Positions 41,913 through 51,429 of a stretch of 64,000 bases of DNA are shown in pieces; within the stretch, counting starts at the first letter, position 1; every line of letters starts with the position of its first letter. The translations under genes were made by a program, and so were the position numbers. The notes beneath the pieces are model-generated. The model did not search any database. It was given only the letters and a program-made list of their open reading frames with translations, and was not told the DNA's origin. Source of the DNA: OCS116 cluster bacterium AG-435-F03 (GTDB lineage Bacteria > Pseudomonadota > Alphaproteobacteria > MED-G09); NCBI GenBank assembly GCA_003212795.1, contig QCOV01000001.1:27321-91320 (forward strand), read 5' to 3'.

Positions 41913-42335
41913 TCAGTTTACAGAAGGTTTAAAAGCAAAAATTAATAATTCTTCGCCTTCTTCATTTTTAACGAATGGTTCTATTGTAAGTTCCATTTCC
42001 ATACCAATTTCCAATTCCTTGGGATCAATTCCTACTAATCTTGATTCTACCATAATTTCGCCTGGTAGTTCAATATATCCAACAGCATAAGGTTTAAAGT
42101 CCTCAGGTGCAACTTGTTCTATATATGGTGTTTTTGGAAGAAACCTTTGTACTGTCCAAGTCCATAACTTTCCTTTGTTTGATAATTCTACTTTTTCATG
42201 ATGATTTGAATTTTTAGCAGGAAAGAAATATCTTCCTGTTTCAGTATCTTTGCTACCAATTAACTTCGGCGAGTCTGAGGGCCAAGTGAATAAATTATCT
42301 GCTATGGGTTTTTGTGTAGACATATCTCTCTCCAA
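41913..42335 (-). CDS. DUF35/ChsH2-like OB-fold protein
   Basis: GKLWTWT, PYAVGYIELP, IGMEMEL, FAFKP. Confidence 0.85.
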   Translation of the reverse strand: MERDMSTQKPIADNLFTWPSDSPKLIGSKDTETGRYFFPAKNSNHHEKVELSNKGKLWTWTVQRFLPKTPYIEQVAPEDFKPYAVGYIELPGEIMVESRLVGIDPKELEIGMEMELTIEPFVKNEEGEELLIFAFKPSVN

Positions 42336-42337
42336 AT

Positions 42338-43915
42338 TTAATTTATTGCTCTTTCAAAACCTTCCCAATAAGGTTTTCTTAATTCTTTCTTTAATATTTT
42401 ACCAGATGGATTTCTTGGCAATTCATTAATAAAATCTACTGATTTTGGTGTCTTAAAGCCAGCAATTTTTTGTCTGGTAAAATTAATTATATCTTCCTCA
42501 GATGTTTCGCAGTTTTCTTTTAAAACTACCAAAGCTTTAACAGCTTCTCCCCAATGTTCGTCAGGAACACCTATAACCGCAACATCTGAAACCATTTCAT
42601 GTCCAAATATAGCGCTTTCAACCTCTGCGGGATAGACATTTTCACCACCTGATACAATCATATCCTTTACTCTGTCATGGACAAAAACATAGCCATCCTC
42701 ATCCATGAAACCTGCATCACCAGTATAAAGCCATCCAGATTTAAGAGTTTTTTTTGTTTCTTCTGGTAAATTCCAGTAACCAATCATATTGGAAGTTGTT
42801 CGAACAATTATTTCACCCACATCTTTTGTATTAACTTCTTTACCTTTTTCATCAACAATTTTTATTTCACAATGTGGTAATGCTTTTCCTGCTGATTTCA
42901 TTCTTTCATTACCTTCAATTGAATGATCTTCAGGTGGAAGATATGTTACAGATCCAGTTGTTTCCGTCATACCATATAACTGAATAAATCCACATTGGAA
43001 AACCTCAATGGCCTCTTTTAATAAGTCTAATGGAATAGGAGATGCTCCATAAGATATATATTTAATTGTTGAGTAGTTTGTTTCTCTTGATAATGGATTA
43101 TCAAGTATCATTTTCATCATTGCAGGAACCATAAAAATTTTAGTAATACCATAGTCATTAATGGCATTTAAAACTGCTGTTGGATCAAACTCTTTCAAAA
43201 CGACATTTGTTGCTGATGCATATAAACCCCCAATTCCTGATCCAGCTCCACCAATATGGAATGTTGGTGCAGTAACTAACTGAACCTCATCTTCAGTCCA
43301 TTCACTCCATTCTAAACCTTCTTGTGGTTCTGGATTCCTCGATGAATAAAAATTATCATGTGTTAATTGAACGCCTTTTGGATTACCTGTCGTACCAGAG
43401 GTATACATTTGAATAGCAACATCTTTTAATTGAGGCTTTCTGTCGCATATTGAGTCGCTTTGTTTATCTCTCCACTCTTCATATGTTGGCCAATTTTTAT
43501 TTGTGCCTGACATACAAATAACTTTTTCTATACTAGGAACATCTTGCAGAATTTTTTCTACCAAACCAAAAAAATCTTCACCTACAAATAAAATTTTAGC
43601 ACTTGAATCATTAAGAATATAAGCAACTTCTGGGGGTGCTAACCGCCAATTTATGCCAACTATTACTGAATTTGATTTTGCACAACCCATAACAAGCTCA
43701 TAAAATCTGTCAGAATTTTTATCCATGTATGCAACTCGATCTTGCTCAGCAACATTTTCTGAAACAAGACCATTAGCTACTTTCTCTGAGTTAGTATCAA
43801 ACTCTTTGTATGTCACTACCCTATCTTCAAAAACAAAAGCTTTTTTTTCTGGACATCTATCTCCATGAACTCTTGCTATGTCAGATAAATGGACAATTTC
43901 TGAAAAATATGTCAA
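42338..43915 (-). CDS. Long-chain fatty acid-CoA ligase
   Basis: YTSGTTGNPKG, YGMTE, TGD, PRNPSGK; TTG start with GGGAGG RBS. Confidence 0.92.
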   Translation of the reverse strand: MTYFSEIVHLSDIARVHGDRCPEKKAFVFEDRVVTYKEFDTNSEKVANGLVSENVAEQDRVAYMDKNSDRFYELVMGCAKSNSVIVGINWRLAPPEVAYILNDSSAKILFVGEDFFGLVEKILQDVPSIEKVICMSGTNKNWPTYEEWRDKQSDSICDRKPQLKDVAIQMYTSGTTGNPKGVQLTHDNFYSSRNPEPQEGLEWSEWTEDEVQLVTAPTFHIGGAGSGIGGLYASATNVVLKEFDPTAVLNAINDYGITKIFMVPAMMKMILDNPLSRETNYSTIKYISYGASPIPLDLLKEAIEVFQCGFIQLYGMTETTGSVTYLPPEDHSIEGNERMKSAGKALPHCEIKIVDEKGKEVNTKDVGEIIVRTTSNMIGYWNLPEETKKTLKSGWLYTGDAGFMDEDGYVFVHDRVKDMIVSGGENVYPAEVESAIFGHEMVSDVAVIGVPDEHWGEAVKALVVLKENCETSEEDIINFTRQKIAGFKTPKSVDFINELPRNPSGKILKKELRKPYWEGFERAIN

Positions 43916-44013
43916 TCATTCCTCCCAGTAAATATTTATGCCTATTACAAAATACTATGACAAACTAATCAAGTATGTTTTATAATAAATATGTATTTTT
44001 TTGATTTAGTTAT

Positions 44014-45228
44014 TTGGAGAAAAAAATGGATTTGAGTTTTAAGCCTGAACATGAAGCTTTTAGACAGGAGGTCAGAGACTTTCTTGATGAGGAGTTAACT
44101 GATGAACTGAGAGAAGCTGGTAAACTTACAGCAAGTGTATTTAGTGAGGTAGAATATTCATCAAAATGGCATAAAATTTTATATAATAAAGGTTGGATAG
44201 GTTCTCGTTGGCCAGAAGAATATGGCGGCACAGGATGGGACGATATGCAAAGATATATATTTAGCAGTGAATGTGCCTCAGCAGGAGCGCCATCACCAAC
44301 TGCTATGGGTTTACATATGGTTGGTCCAGTCTTAATGAAATACGGAACACAAAAACAAAAAGACTTTTACTTACCAAGGATTTTATCTGGTGATGATTTT
44401 TGGTGCCAAGGTTATTCTGAGCCAGGATCAGGTTCTGATTTGGCATCGCTTCAATGCAAGGCCGTAAGAGAGGGTGACCATTATGTCGTTAATGGCACTA
44501 AAATTTGGACAACACATGCACAATACGCAAATAGAATTTTTTGTCTCGTTAGAACTGATAATACTGGCAAACCTCAACAAGGTATAACTTTCTTGTTAAT
44601 TGATATGGATACACCAGGAATTGAAATTAAACCAATTATTACAATGGCTGGAGATCACGAAGTAAATCAAACATTTTTTGATGATGTTAAAGTCCCTGTT
44701 GAAAATGTTGTCGGAGAAGAGAATGATGGTTGGACTGTTGCTAAATATTTATTGGAGTTTGAAAGAGGTGGTGCCTATGCAGCTGGTTTAAAAGCTCAAA
44801 TAAATAAAATAAGAAAGATTGCTACTATTGAAAAATCTGATACCGGCGAAAGTTTAATTGATGATAAAAATTTCTTAAAGTCTTTAAATGAAGCTGAAAT
44901 AGAAGTTCAAGCAGTTTTAATGACCGAACATAGAATTATGTCAGATATTGCAGAAAGAGGTCATCCGGGTCCTGCTTCATCTATATTAAAATCTAGAGGA
45001 TCAGAGCTTAAGCAGCATTTAGATGGTTTAACTGTATCTGCATTAGGTTATTATACAAGTCCTCAACAAAATGAAGCTAGAATTCCGGGTTCAAATTTTG
45101 ATGTTATTGGACCAGATTATTCTATTACAGCTTTTCCAGCTTATTTAAATAATAGAGCTTCTACCATTTACGGTGGATCTAATGAAATCCAAAGAAATAT
45201 AATGGCTAAATTTGTTTTAGGCCTCTAG
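44014..45228 (+). CDS. Acyl-CoA dehydrogenase (PimC/FadE-like)
   Basis: WCQGYSEPGSGSDLASL, LEFERG, TIYGGSNEIQR; likely start ATG at 44026. Confidence 0.9.
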   Translation: MEKKMDLSFKPEHEAFRQEVRDFLDEELTDELREAGKLTASVFSEVEYSSKWHKILYNKGWIGSRWPEEYGGTGWDDMQRYIFSSECASAGAPSPTAMGLHMVGPVLMKYGTQKQKDFYLPRILSGDDFWCQGYSEPGSGSDLASLQCKAVREGDHYVVNGTKIWTTHAQYANRIFCLVRTDNTGKPQQGITFLLIDMDTPGIEIKPIITMAGDHEVNQTFFDDVKVPVENVVGEENDGWTVAKYLLEFERGGAYAAGLKAQINKIRKIATIEKSDTGESLIDDKNFLKSLNEAEIEVQAVLMTEHRIMSDIAERGHPGPASSILKSRGSELKQHLDGLTVSALGYYTSPQQNEARIPGSNFDVIGPDYSITAFPAYLNNRASTIYGGSNEIQRNIMAKFVLGL

Positions 45229-45235
45229 TTCTCAT

Positions 45236-46600
45236 ATGGAATTTGATGAATTAAATGGCTTTTTAGGAGATAGACTTACAACTTCGAAAGCTATTCGTTT
45301 AGAGCATAGTCAAGATGAGTCATGGCATTTACCAAAAAACATACCTGATGCAATTACCTACCCTGAAACCTCAGAGGAGGTTTCCAAAATAATAAAATTT
45401 GCTTCTAAAAATAACATACCAGTTATTCCATTTGGAACTGGTACCGCTTTAGAGGGTCATATACATGCCTTAAAAGGTGGTATCACTATTAACTCAAGTA
45501 AAATGAATAAGATTATTGAATTAAATAATTCAGATATGGATTGTAGAGTTCAAGCTGGCGTTACAAGAAAAGAATTAAATGATTACATAAGAGATACAGG
45601 ATTATTTTTCCCTGTTGACCCAGGAGCTAACGCATCAATTGGTGGTATGTGTGCTACACGAGCGTCGGGAACAACGACTGTTAAGTATGGCACTATAAGA
45701 GAACAAGTAATGGGTCTTGAGGTGGTGATGCCTGATGGTAAAATAATTAAAACAGGAACCAGGGCAAGAAAATCTGCAGCTGGATACGATTTAAGTCATT
45801 TAATGCTTGGTTCAGAGGGAACATTAGGCTTTATAACAGAAATAAATTTAAAACTTCATGGTAGACCTGAAGCAATTTCTGCTGGTGTTTGTACATTTAA
45901 AGATTTGAAAGGTGCAATCGACACAGTAATTGAGTCAATTCAAGTAGGTTTGCCGTTATCTAGGATAGAGTTATTGGATGAAGTTCAGATTAAAGCTATT
46001 AATAAATACAAAAAGGTATCCCATGAAATTGGCCCAACATTATTTGTTGAAATTCAGGGAATGCCTTTAAGTGTGAAAGAGCAGTCTGAAATATTTAGAG
46101 ATATTGCGGAGGCAAATAATATTCTAAAATTTCAATGGTCAGATAGAAGTGAAGAAATTGAAGTTTTGTGGAGTGCTAGGCATGATGCATATTATGCGGC
46201 TTTAGCTTTAGCGCCTGGTAAAAAGGCATTTACAACTGATATCTGTGTTCCAATTTCAAATTTAACTGATTGCATTATTGAAACAAAAAAAGATATAGAG
46301 CAGTCAAATATTATAGCTCCAATTGTAGGTCATGTTGGGGATGGTAATTTTCATCTAATTATGCTTTTAGATCCAGAAAATAAAAAAGAAGTTTCTGAGG
46401 CAAAACAGTTAAATGATAAGTTAGTTAATAGGGCTTTAAAAATGGAAGGTACCTCAACTGGTGAACATGGAATAGGGATAGGCAAAAAAGAATTTTTAAA
46501 AACTGAACAAGGCTTATCTGTTGAGATTATGTCTCAAATAAAAAAAGCTATTGATCCAAAGAATATTATGAATCCAGGTAAAATTTTTGATATTAATTAA
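45236..46600 (+). CDS. FAD-linked D-lactate dehydrogenase/GlcD-like oxidase
   Basis: FPVDPG, GYDL..GSEGTLG, GHVGDGNFH, GEHGIG, MNPGK. Confidence 0.9.
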   Translation: MEFDELNGFLGDRLTTSKAIRLEHSQDESWHLPKNIPDAITYPETSEEVSKIIKFASKNNIPVIPFGTGTALEGHIHALKGGITINSSKMNKIIELNNSDMDCRVQAGVTRKELNDYIRDTGLFFPVDPGANASIGGMCATRASGTTTVKYGTIREQVMGLEVVMPDGKIIKTGTRARKSAAGYDLSHLMLGSEGTLGFITEINLKLHGRPEAISAGVCTFKDLKGAIDTVIESIQVGLPLSRIELLDEVQIKAINKYKKVSHEIGPTLFVEIQGMPLSVKEQSEIFRDIAEANNILKFQWSDRSEEIEVLWSARHDAYYAALALAPGKKAFTTDICVPISNLTDCIIETKKDIEQSNIIAPIVGHVGDGNFHLIMLLDPENKKEVSEAKQLNDKLVNRALKMEGTSTGEHGIGIGKKEFLKTEQGLSVEIMSQIKKAIDPKNIMNPGKIFDIN

Positions 46601-46677
46601 CACCCCTTATACATTGTGTTGAAGTTACACACTCTAAAATAAAAAAAAACACCAAAATTTAAGTCTAAGCCTAAAGT

Positions 46678-46693
46678 TGGCATCTAATTTGCT
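46678..46693 (+). promoter_or_regulatory. sigma54 -24/-12 promoter of the torF-amtB operon
   Basis: TGGCATCTAATTTGCT with correct GG/GC spacing, about 35 nt upstream of the ATG; AGGAGG RBS follows. Confidence 0.8.
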
Positions 46694-46727
46694 TATTACT
46701 CGTATCATAAATTAGGAGGTTAACATT

Positions 46728-47381
46728 ATGATTATTTTTAAAAAGTTTAACAAGTATGTTAAAAAAGGTTTCTTTGCTGTTTTTCTTGGTTTTGCAACAG
46801 TAGGCACTACTTTTGCTGGATCTCTTGATTGGAATGTTGGTGTAACAAGCCAATATCTATGGAGAGGCATGTCACAAGGTAGTGGTGCTGCAACATCAGG
46901 TGGATTAGATTACACAGCTGACAACGGTTTTTCAATTGGTACATGGGTCTCAAATGTTGATTTTGGAGATGGCACATCTTATGAATTAGATGGTTACTTC
47001 GGTTATAGTTTTGGTCCTGTTAGCGTTGGATACATTTACTATGCATATCCGGATGGTGATGACCTTGATTTTAGTGAAGTTAGTATAAGTGCTGAACTCG
47101 GTGCTGTAACATTAGGTGTTGCTGTATTAGCAGATGCTGATTGGGAAGGAACAAGTTTTGGAGATGATCCATACTTCTTCCTAGATACTGGTTTTTCACT
47201 TACTGAAGGTTTAGATCTTGGACTTCATATTGGACATTACGATTATGAAATGGGTGATGCAGAAACAGATTATGGCATTTCGTTAGCTATAGGTGATTTT
47301 AGTTTCGGTATTATCGACTCTAGTAGAGACGATAGTGACCCTTACTTCATAGTCTCATATGGTTTTTCAGGTAGTCTTTAA
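46728..47381 (+). CDS. TorF-family putative outer-membrane porin
   Basis: Signal peptide; 'SQYLWRGMSQ', 'GGLDY', 'GTWVSNVDF', 'ELDGYFGY'; upstream of amtB. Confidence 0.85.
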   Translation: MIIFKKFNKYVKKGFFAVFLGFATVGTTFAGSLDWNVGVTSQYLWRGMSQGSGAATSGGLDYTADNGFSIGTWVSNVDFGDGTSYELDGYFGYSFGPVSVGYIYYAYPDGDDLDFSEVSISAELGAVTLGVAVLADADWEGTSFGDDPYFFLDTGFSLTEGLDLGLHIGHYDYEMGDAETDYGISLAIGDFSFGIIDSSRDDSDPYFIVSYGFSGSL

Positions 47382-47411
47382 TTAGATTAACCATTTTAGA
47401 GGGTAATTATT

Positions 47412-48701
47412 ATGAAATTAATAAAAAAAATATGTCTTCTTGGCCTAATGCTGTTTACTGTCAGTGGTACAGCATTTGCCGAGGTTTCAGAAGAATCTGC
47501 GTATATTTTTAACACATTTTCTTTTCTTGTTCATGGCTTTCTCGTTATGCTTATGGCTCTTGGCTTTACTTGCCTTGAGGCTGGTTTAGTAAGAACTAAA
47601 AATACAGCTACTATATGTTTAAAAAATGTTGGATTATATAGTCTAGCTGGGATTATGTTCTACTTAGTCGGTTACGGCTTTATGTATAATGAAGTTAATG
47701 GATTTATAGGGCAACCAACATTATGGAATCCTGAGGCTGAAGTAAGTTCTGCCGACGGTTATTCTAAGATGTCAGACTGGTTCTTTCAGATGGTCTTCTG
47801 CGCTACTACAATGTCTATCATAAGTGGTACTGTAGCTGAACGTATTAAACTGCTTCCATTCTTTATCTTTGCGATTGTGCTTACTGGATTTATTTATCCA
47901 ATTCAAGCTTCATGGGTATGGGGTGGTGGATTCCTTTCAGAAATGGGATTCTCAGATTTTGCTGGCTCTACTCTTGTTCATTCTGTAGGTGGCTGGGCTG
48001 CATTAACTGGAGCAATAATCATCGGACCTAGACTAGGTAAGTATGCATCTAATGGTTCTGTTATAGCTATTCCTGGCTCAAATTTACCTTTAGCTACTAT
48101 CGGTACATTCATACTTTGGTTTGGATGGTTTGGCTTTAATGGTGGATCACAACTTGCACTTGGTAGTGCTGCTGATGCTGCTGCAATGGCTAATGTATAT
48201 GTGAATACAAATATGGCAGCTGCTGGTGGTTTAGTTGCTGCTATGATCTTAGCATCAATTTTATATGGTAAAGTTGACTTAAGTTTAGCATTAAATGGTG
48301 CTCTTGCTGGTCTAGTAAGTATTACAGCAGGTCCAGATGTAGCAACACCTCTTCAAGCCATTATTATTGGCGCTGTAGGCGGTGTATTATGTACTCTAGC
48401 AATTCCTCTATTAGATAAGCTGAAAATAGATGATGTTGTTGGTGCAATTTCTGTTCACTTAGTTGCCGGAATATGGGGAACATTAGTGGTCGGAATACCT
48501 GGATTAGGTACATTAGCTGCTGACTTTGTTACACAACTTATCGGTGTAGTTACTATAGGTGTGTTCGTTGTTGTAGCTAGCTCTATTGTTTGGTTGATCT
48601 TGAAAGGCGTTGTTGGCCTAAGACCAACTGAAGAAGAAGAAATGTCTGGATTAGATGTCTCAGAATTAGGTATGGAGGCATATCCAGAATTTAGAAATTA
48701 G
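47412..48701 (+). CDS. amtB: Ammonium transporter AmtB
   Basis: FFQMVF, AER, DFAGSTLVH, WFGWFGFNGGS, DDVVGAISVH (twin His), GLD. Confidence 0.96.
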   Translation: MKLIKKICLLGLMLFTVSGTAFAEVSEESAYIFNTFSFLVHGFLVMLMALGFTCLEAGLVRTKNTATICLKNVGLYSLAGIMFYLVGYGFMYNEVNGFIGQPTLWNPEAEVSSADGYSKMSDWFFQMVFCATTMSIISGTVAERIKLLPFFIFAIVLTGFIYPIQASWVWGGGFLSEMGFSDFAGSTLVHSVGGWAALTGAIIIGPRLGKYASNGSVIAIPGSNLPLATIGTFILWFGWFGFNGGSQLALGSAADAAAMANVYVNTNMAAAGGLVAAMILASILYGKVDLSLALNGALAGLVSITAGPDVATPLQAIIIGAVGGVLCTLAIPLLDKLKIDDVVGAISVHLVAGIWGTLVVGIPGLGTLAADFVTQLIGVVTIGVFVVVASSIVWLILKGVVGLRPTEEEEMSGLDVSELGMEAYPEFRN

Positions 48702-48776
48702 TCATTCTGTTCTCCTCCCCACATTGCATATGACTAATTACCACCGCGCTTTTTTAAAGCGCGGTGGTTTCGTTTT
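48696..48776 (+). ncRNA. Candidate 3'UTR-derived sRNA: anti-SD hairpin plus terminator
   Basis: 10-bp stem 48696-48705/48730-48739 with inner TGT/ACA closing loop TCTCCTCCCC, immediately followed by a terminator hairpin. Confidence 0.45.
48740..48776 (+). terminator. Rho-independent terminator after amtB (between convergent genes)
   Basis: 13-bp stem ACCACCGCGCTTT / AAAGCGCGGTGGT followed by TTCGTTTT. Confidence 0.88.
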
Positions 48777-48781
48777 CAAAC

Positions 48782-49558
48782 CTATAAATCTCTTACCAAA
48801 TGACCGCCATCAACCACTAATATTGATCCTGTCATATATGAACCAGCATCACTTGCAAGAAGAAGTATAGGACCCTCCAGCTCCTTAATATTTCCTGGCC
48901 TTCTTAGAGGAACTCTCTTGATCATAGGAGCACTCATTTCAGAGTCTAAAAATTCGCTATTTAAATCAGTTCTAAAATAACCTGGCGCTATAGCATTAAC
49001 GCGAACATTATATTTTGCCCATTCAAGTGCCATTTGGCGCGTCATGTGGGTGAGAGCAGCTTTTGATATTGCATAAATACCATTTCCTTTTTGAGCTGCT
49101 TCACCAGTAATTGAAGATACATTTAAAATGACTCCATCTTTTTGATCTTTTTCTAATCTTGATTTAAGCCACAATTTTGATAGAGCCCATGGACCACGAA
49201 GATTTGTATTTATAACATTATTCCAGTCATCTTCTTCATTATTATCTAAGGTTCCTACTACAGTCATTCCTGCATTATTCACTAGTATATCAACTGAAGG
49301 GAATGTTTTATTTATCTCAACAAGACAATCGGAAATTGAGTTTTCTTCAGTTACATCTAAAGAGAAAATTTCAACATTTTGACTTTTATCATTTAACATT
49401 GATTGGGTTTCTTCGAGTTTTTCTTTTCTCCTTGCGGCAAGTGCAAGGTTAGCACCAGCATTATATAAAGTTTTGGAAATTTCTTGACCAATACCACTTC
49501 CAGCTCCAGTAACTAATACTGTTTTTCCTTCAAGGTTAAATAATTTATTTGTTGTCAT
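48782..49558 (-). CDS. Short-chain dehydrogenase/reductase
   Basis: TGAGSGIG, NNAG, YAISK, VDGG. Confidence 0.92.
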   Translation of the reverse strand: MTTNKLFNLEGKTVLVTGAGSGIGQEISKTLYNAGANLALAARRKEKLEETQSMLNDKSQNVEIFSLDVTEENSISDCLVEINKTFPSVDILVNNAGMTVVGTLDNNEEDDWNNVINTNLRGPWALSKLWLKSRLEKDQKDGVILNVSSITGEAAQKGNGIYAISKAALTHMTRQMALEWAKYNVRVNAIAPGYFRTDLNSEFLDSEMSAPMIKRVPLRRPGNIKELEGPILLLASDAGSYMTGSILVVDGGHLVRDL

Positions 49559-50846
49559 TGAACACTCCTATTGCTGCAGCTGTCATTACCTTTATTCCGG
49601 TTGAAAGAGTTGGTATTGGATCGGGTGCAAAAAATGGTGAGTGAATTCCAGGTAAATCAATCTCTCCTCTAACTGATTTTTGCCAAACTTCAAGTTCACT
49701 TGCTCCAAGCCAAAATAGAAAAGTTGGTATTTTTGGTTCAACTCTTCCATATCTTCCAAAATCCTCACCACCCATGACGGCACTAGATTCAAAAATATTT
49801 TCTTTTCCAATAGATTTCTCAATATAACCAACAACCTCGTCAACAAAATCTGGAGTGTTGTAAAGTGCTGGAGTATATTGGTCTCTCAATTTAAGTGTAG
49901 GCATTTTATTTTCTGGTATTCCTAATGAAATTGCCTCACCTTCAATTATTCTTTTTATTTTAGAAATAATTTCTTCTCTTACCTCATCTGTATAAGAGCG
50001 CATAGTCAACTGCAATTTAACTTCATCTGGAATAATATTATGTTTAGATCCACCATGAATTGAACCAACAGTAACAACAGCTGGGTTTAAAGGATCTATC
50101 TCTCTGCTAACTATTGTTTGAAGCGAAAGAATAATTTTGGAAGCAAGTACAATAGGATCTTTTGCTCTATGAGGATATGCACCATGACCTCCAACGCCAT
50201 ATATTGTTATATCAGCCATATCAACATTAGCCATTGCATATCCTTTGGTATATGTCACTTTCCCTGCAGGAAAGGAACCAACATGAAGGGCTAGATTGAA
50301 ATCCGGCCTTGGAAATTTATCAAATAAACCTTCTTCAAGCATTTTTGCTGAACCTTGCCCAACTTCTTCTGCTGGTTGAAAAATAATCATTAATGTTCCT
50401 GACCATTTATTTTTTGAGTTAATTAATTCTTTTGCTGTTCCTACTGCGACAGCCATATGAACATCATGGCCACATGCATGCATAACCGAAACTTCTGTTT
50501 TATCATCATTAAGCATTTTGATTTTGGAGGAATACTCCAAGCCAGTTTTTTCTTCAACTGGAAGCGCATCCATATCAGCTCTAATCATTAAGACAGGACC
50601 TTTTCCGTTTTTATATATTGAAACAACCCCTGTTTTTGCGAAGTTTCGAGTAACCGTAAATCCAAGACCCTCCATTTTGTTTGCTAGTAGATTAGATGTT
50701 TTAAATTCTTGCCAAGATAATTCAGGATTAGAATGCAAATGTTTATATAAATCTAAAATTTCATCTGCATTAGATTTACCAACTAAAGAAAGAAAAATTA
50801 AAGAAAGTATAAATAATTTTTTATATAACATACTAATAATGTTCAA
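49545..50846 (-). CDS. M20D-family amidohydrolase with probable signal peptide
   Basis: RADMDALP, MHACGHD, QPAEE, GEDF, HSP; hydrophobic N-terminus ending SNA; probable start 50831. Confidence 0.9.
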   Translation of the reverse strand: MNIISMLYKKLFILSLIFLSLVGKSNADEILDLYKHLHSNPELSWQEFKTSNLLANKMEGLGFTVTRNFAKTGVVSIYKNGKGPVLMIRADMDALPVEEKTGLEYSSKIKMLNDDKTEVSVMHACGHDVHMAVAVGTAKELINSKNKWSGTLMIIFQPAEEVGQGSAKMLEEGLFDKFPRPDFNLALHVGSFPAGKVTYTKGYAMANVDMADITIYGVGGHGAYPHRAKDPIVLASKIILSLQTIVSREIDPLNPAVVTVGSIHGGSKHNIIPDEVKLQLTMRSYTDEVREEIISKIKRIIEGEAISLGIPENKMPTLKLRDQYTPALYNTPDFVDEVVGYIEKSIGKENIFESSAVMGGEDFGRYGRVEPKIPTFLFWLGASELEVWQKSVRGEIDLPGIHSPFFAPDPIPTLSTGIKVMTAAAIGVFNDNK

Positions 50847-51354
50847 TCTTATCTTCTACTGCGTGCCCTTCAAAAGGAATTAAAATCTGTCTTCTAAATG
50901 TACAAACAACAACATTATTTTGGTTTGTTCCCGTAGTTTTAATTGTAACAATTCCTTGACCCTCTCTTGTTTTGCTCTCTCTTTTATCAAGAACTTCAGA
51001 AGACCCATAGATTGTATCACCATGAAATACAGGAGCTGTAAATTTAACTTCATCCATTCCAAGATTTGCAATAGCTTTTTGACTACAATCTGAAACACTC
51101 ATTCCGATTAGAAGAGATAATGTATATGGTGAAACAACAAGATTTTTACCAAATTCTGTTGCTTTTCCATATTCAGCATCAAAATGAATAGGGTGAGTAT
51201 TTAATGTCATAAGCGTAAAAAGATGGTTATCATACTCGGTAATTGTTTTACCAGGTCTGTGATCATAAACATCACCAACATTAAAATCTTCAAAATATCT
51301 CCCGAATTTTTCTCTATAATGATTAGGTCCAATTTCTTTAGTATTTTTGATCAT
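50833..51354 (-). CDS. MaoC-family (R)-specific acyl-CoA dehydratase/hydratase
   Basis: GRYFEDF, D..H hydratase motif (YDN...NTHPIHFD), PVFHGDT. Confidence 0.88.
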   Translation of the reverse strand: MIKNTKEIGPNHYREKFGRYFEDFNVGDVYDHRPGKTITEYDNHLFTLMTLNTHPIHFDAEYGKATEFGKNLVVSPYTLSLLIGMSVSDCSQKAIANLGMDEVKFTAPVFHGDTIYGSSEVLDKRESKTREGQGIVTIKTTGTNQNNVVVCTFRRQILIPFEGHAVEDKIEHY

Positions 51355-51429
51355 TTAAATAATTTTACTCCATTTAAAGTCTAAGATTTAAGCACTTTTT
51401 TAATATGAAAACTACTGATTCTTCTTATA

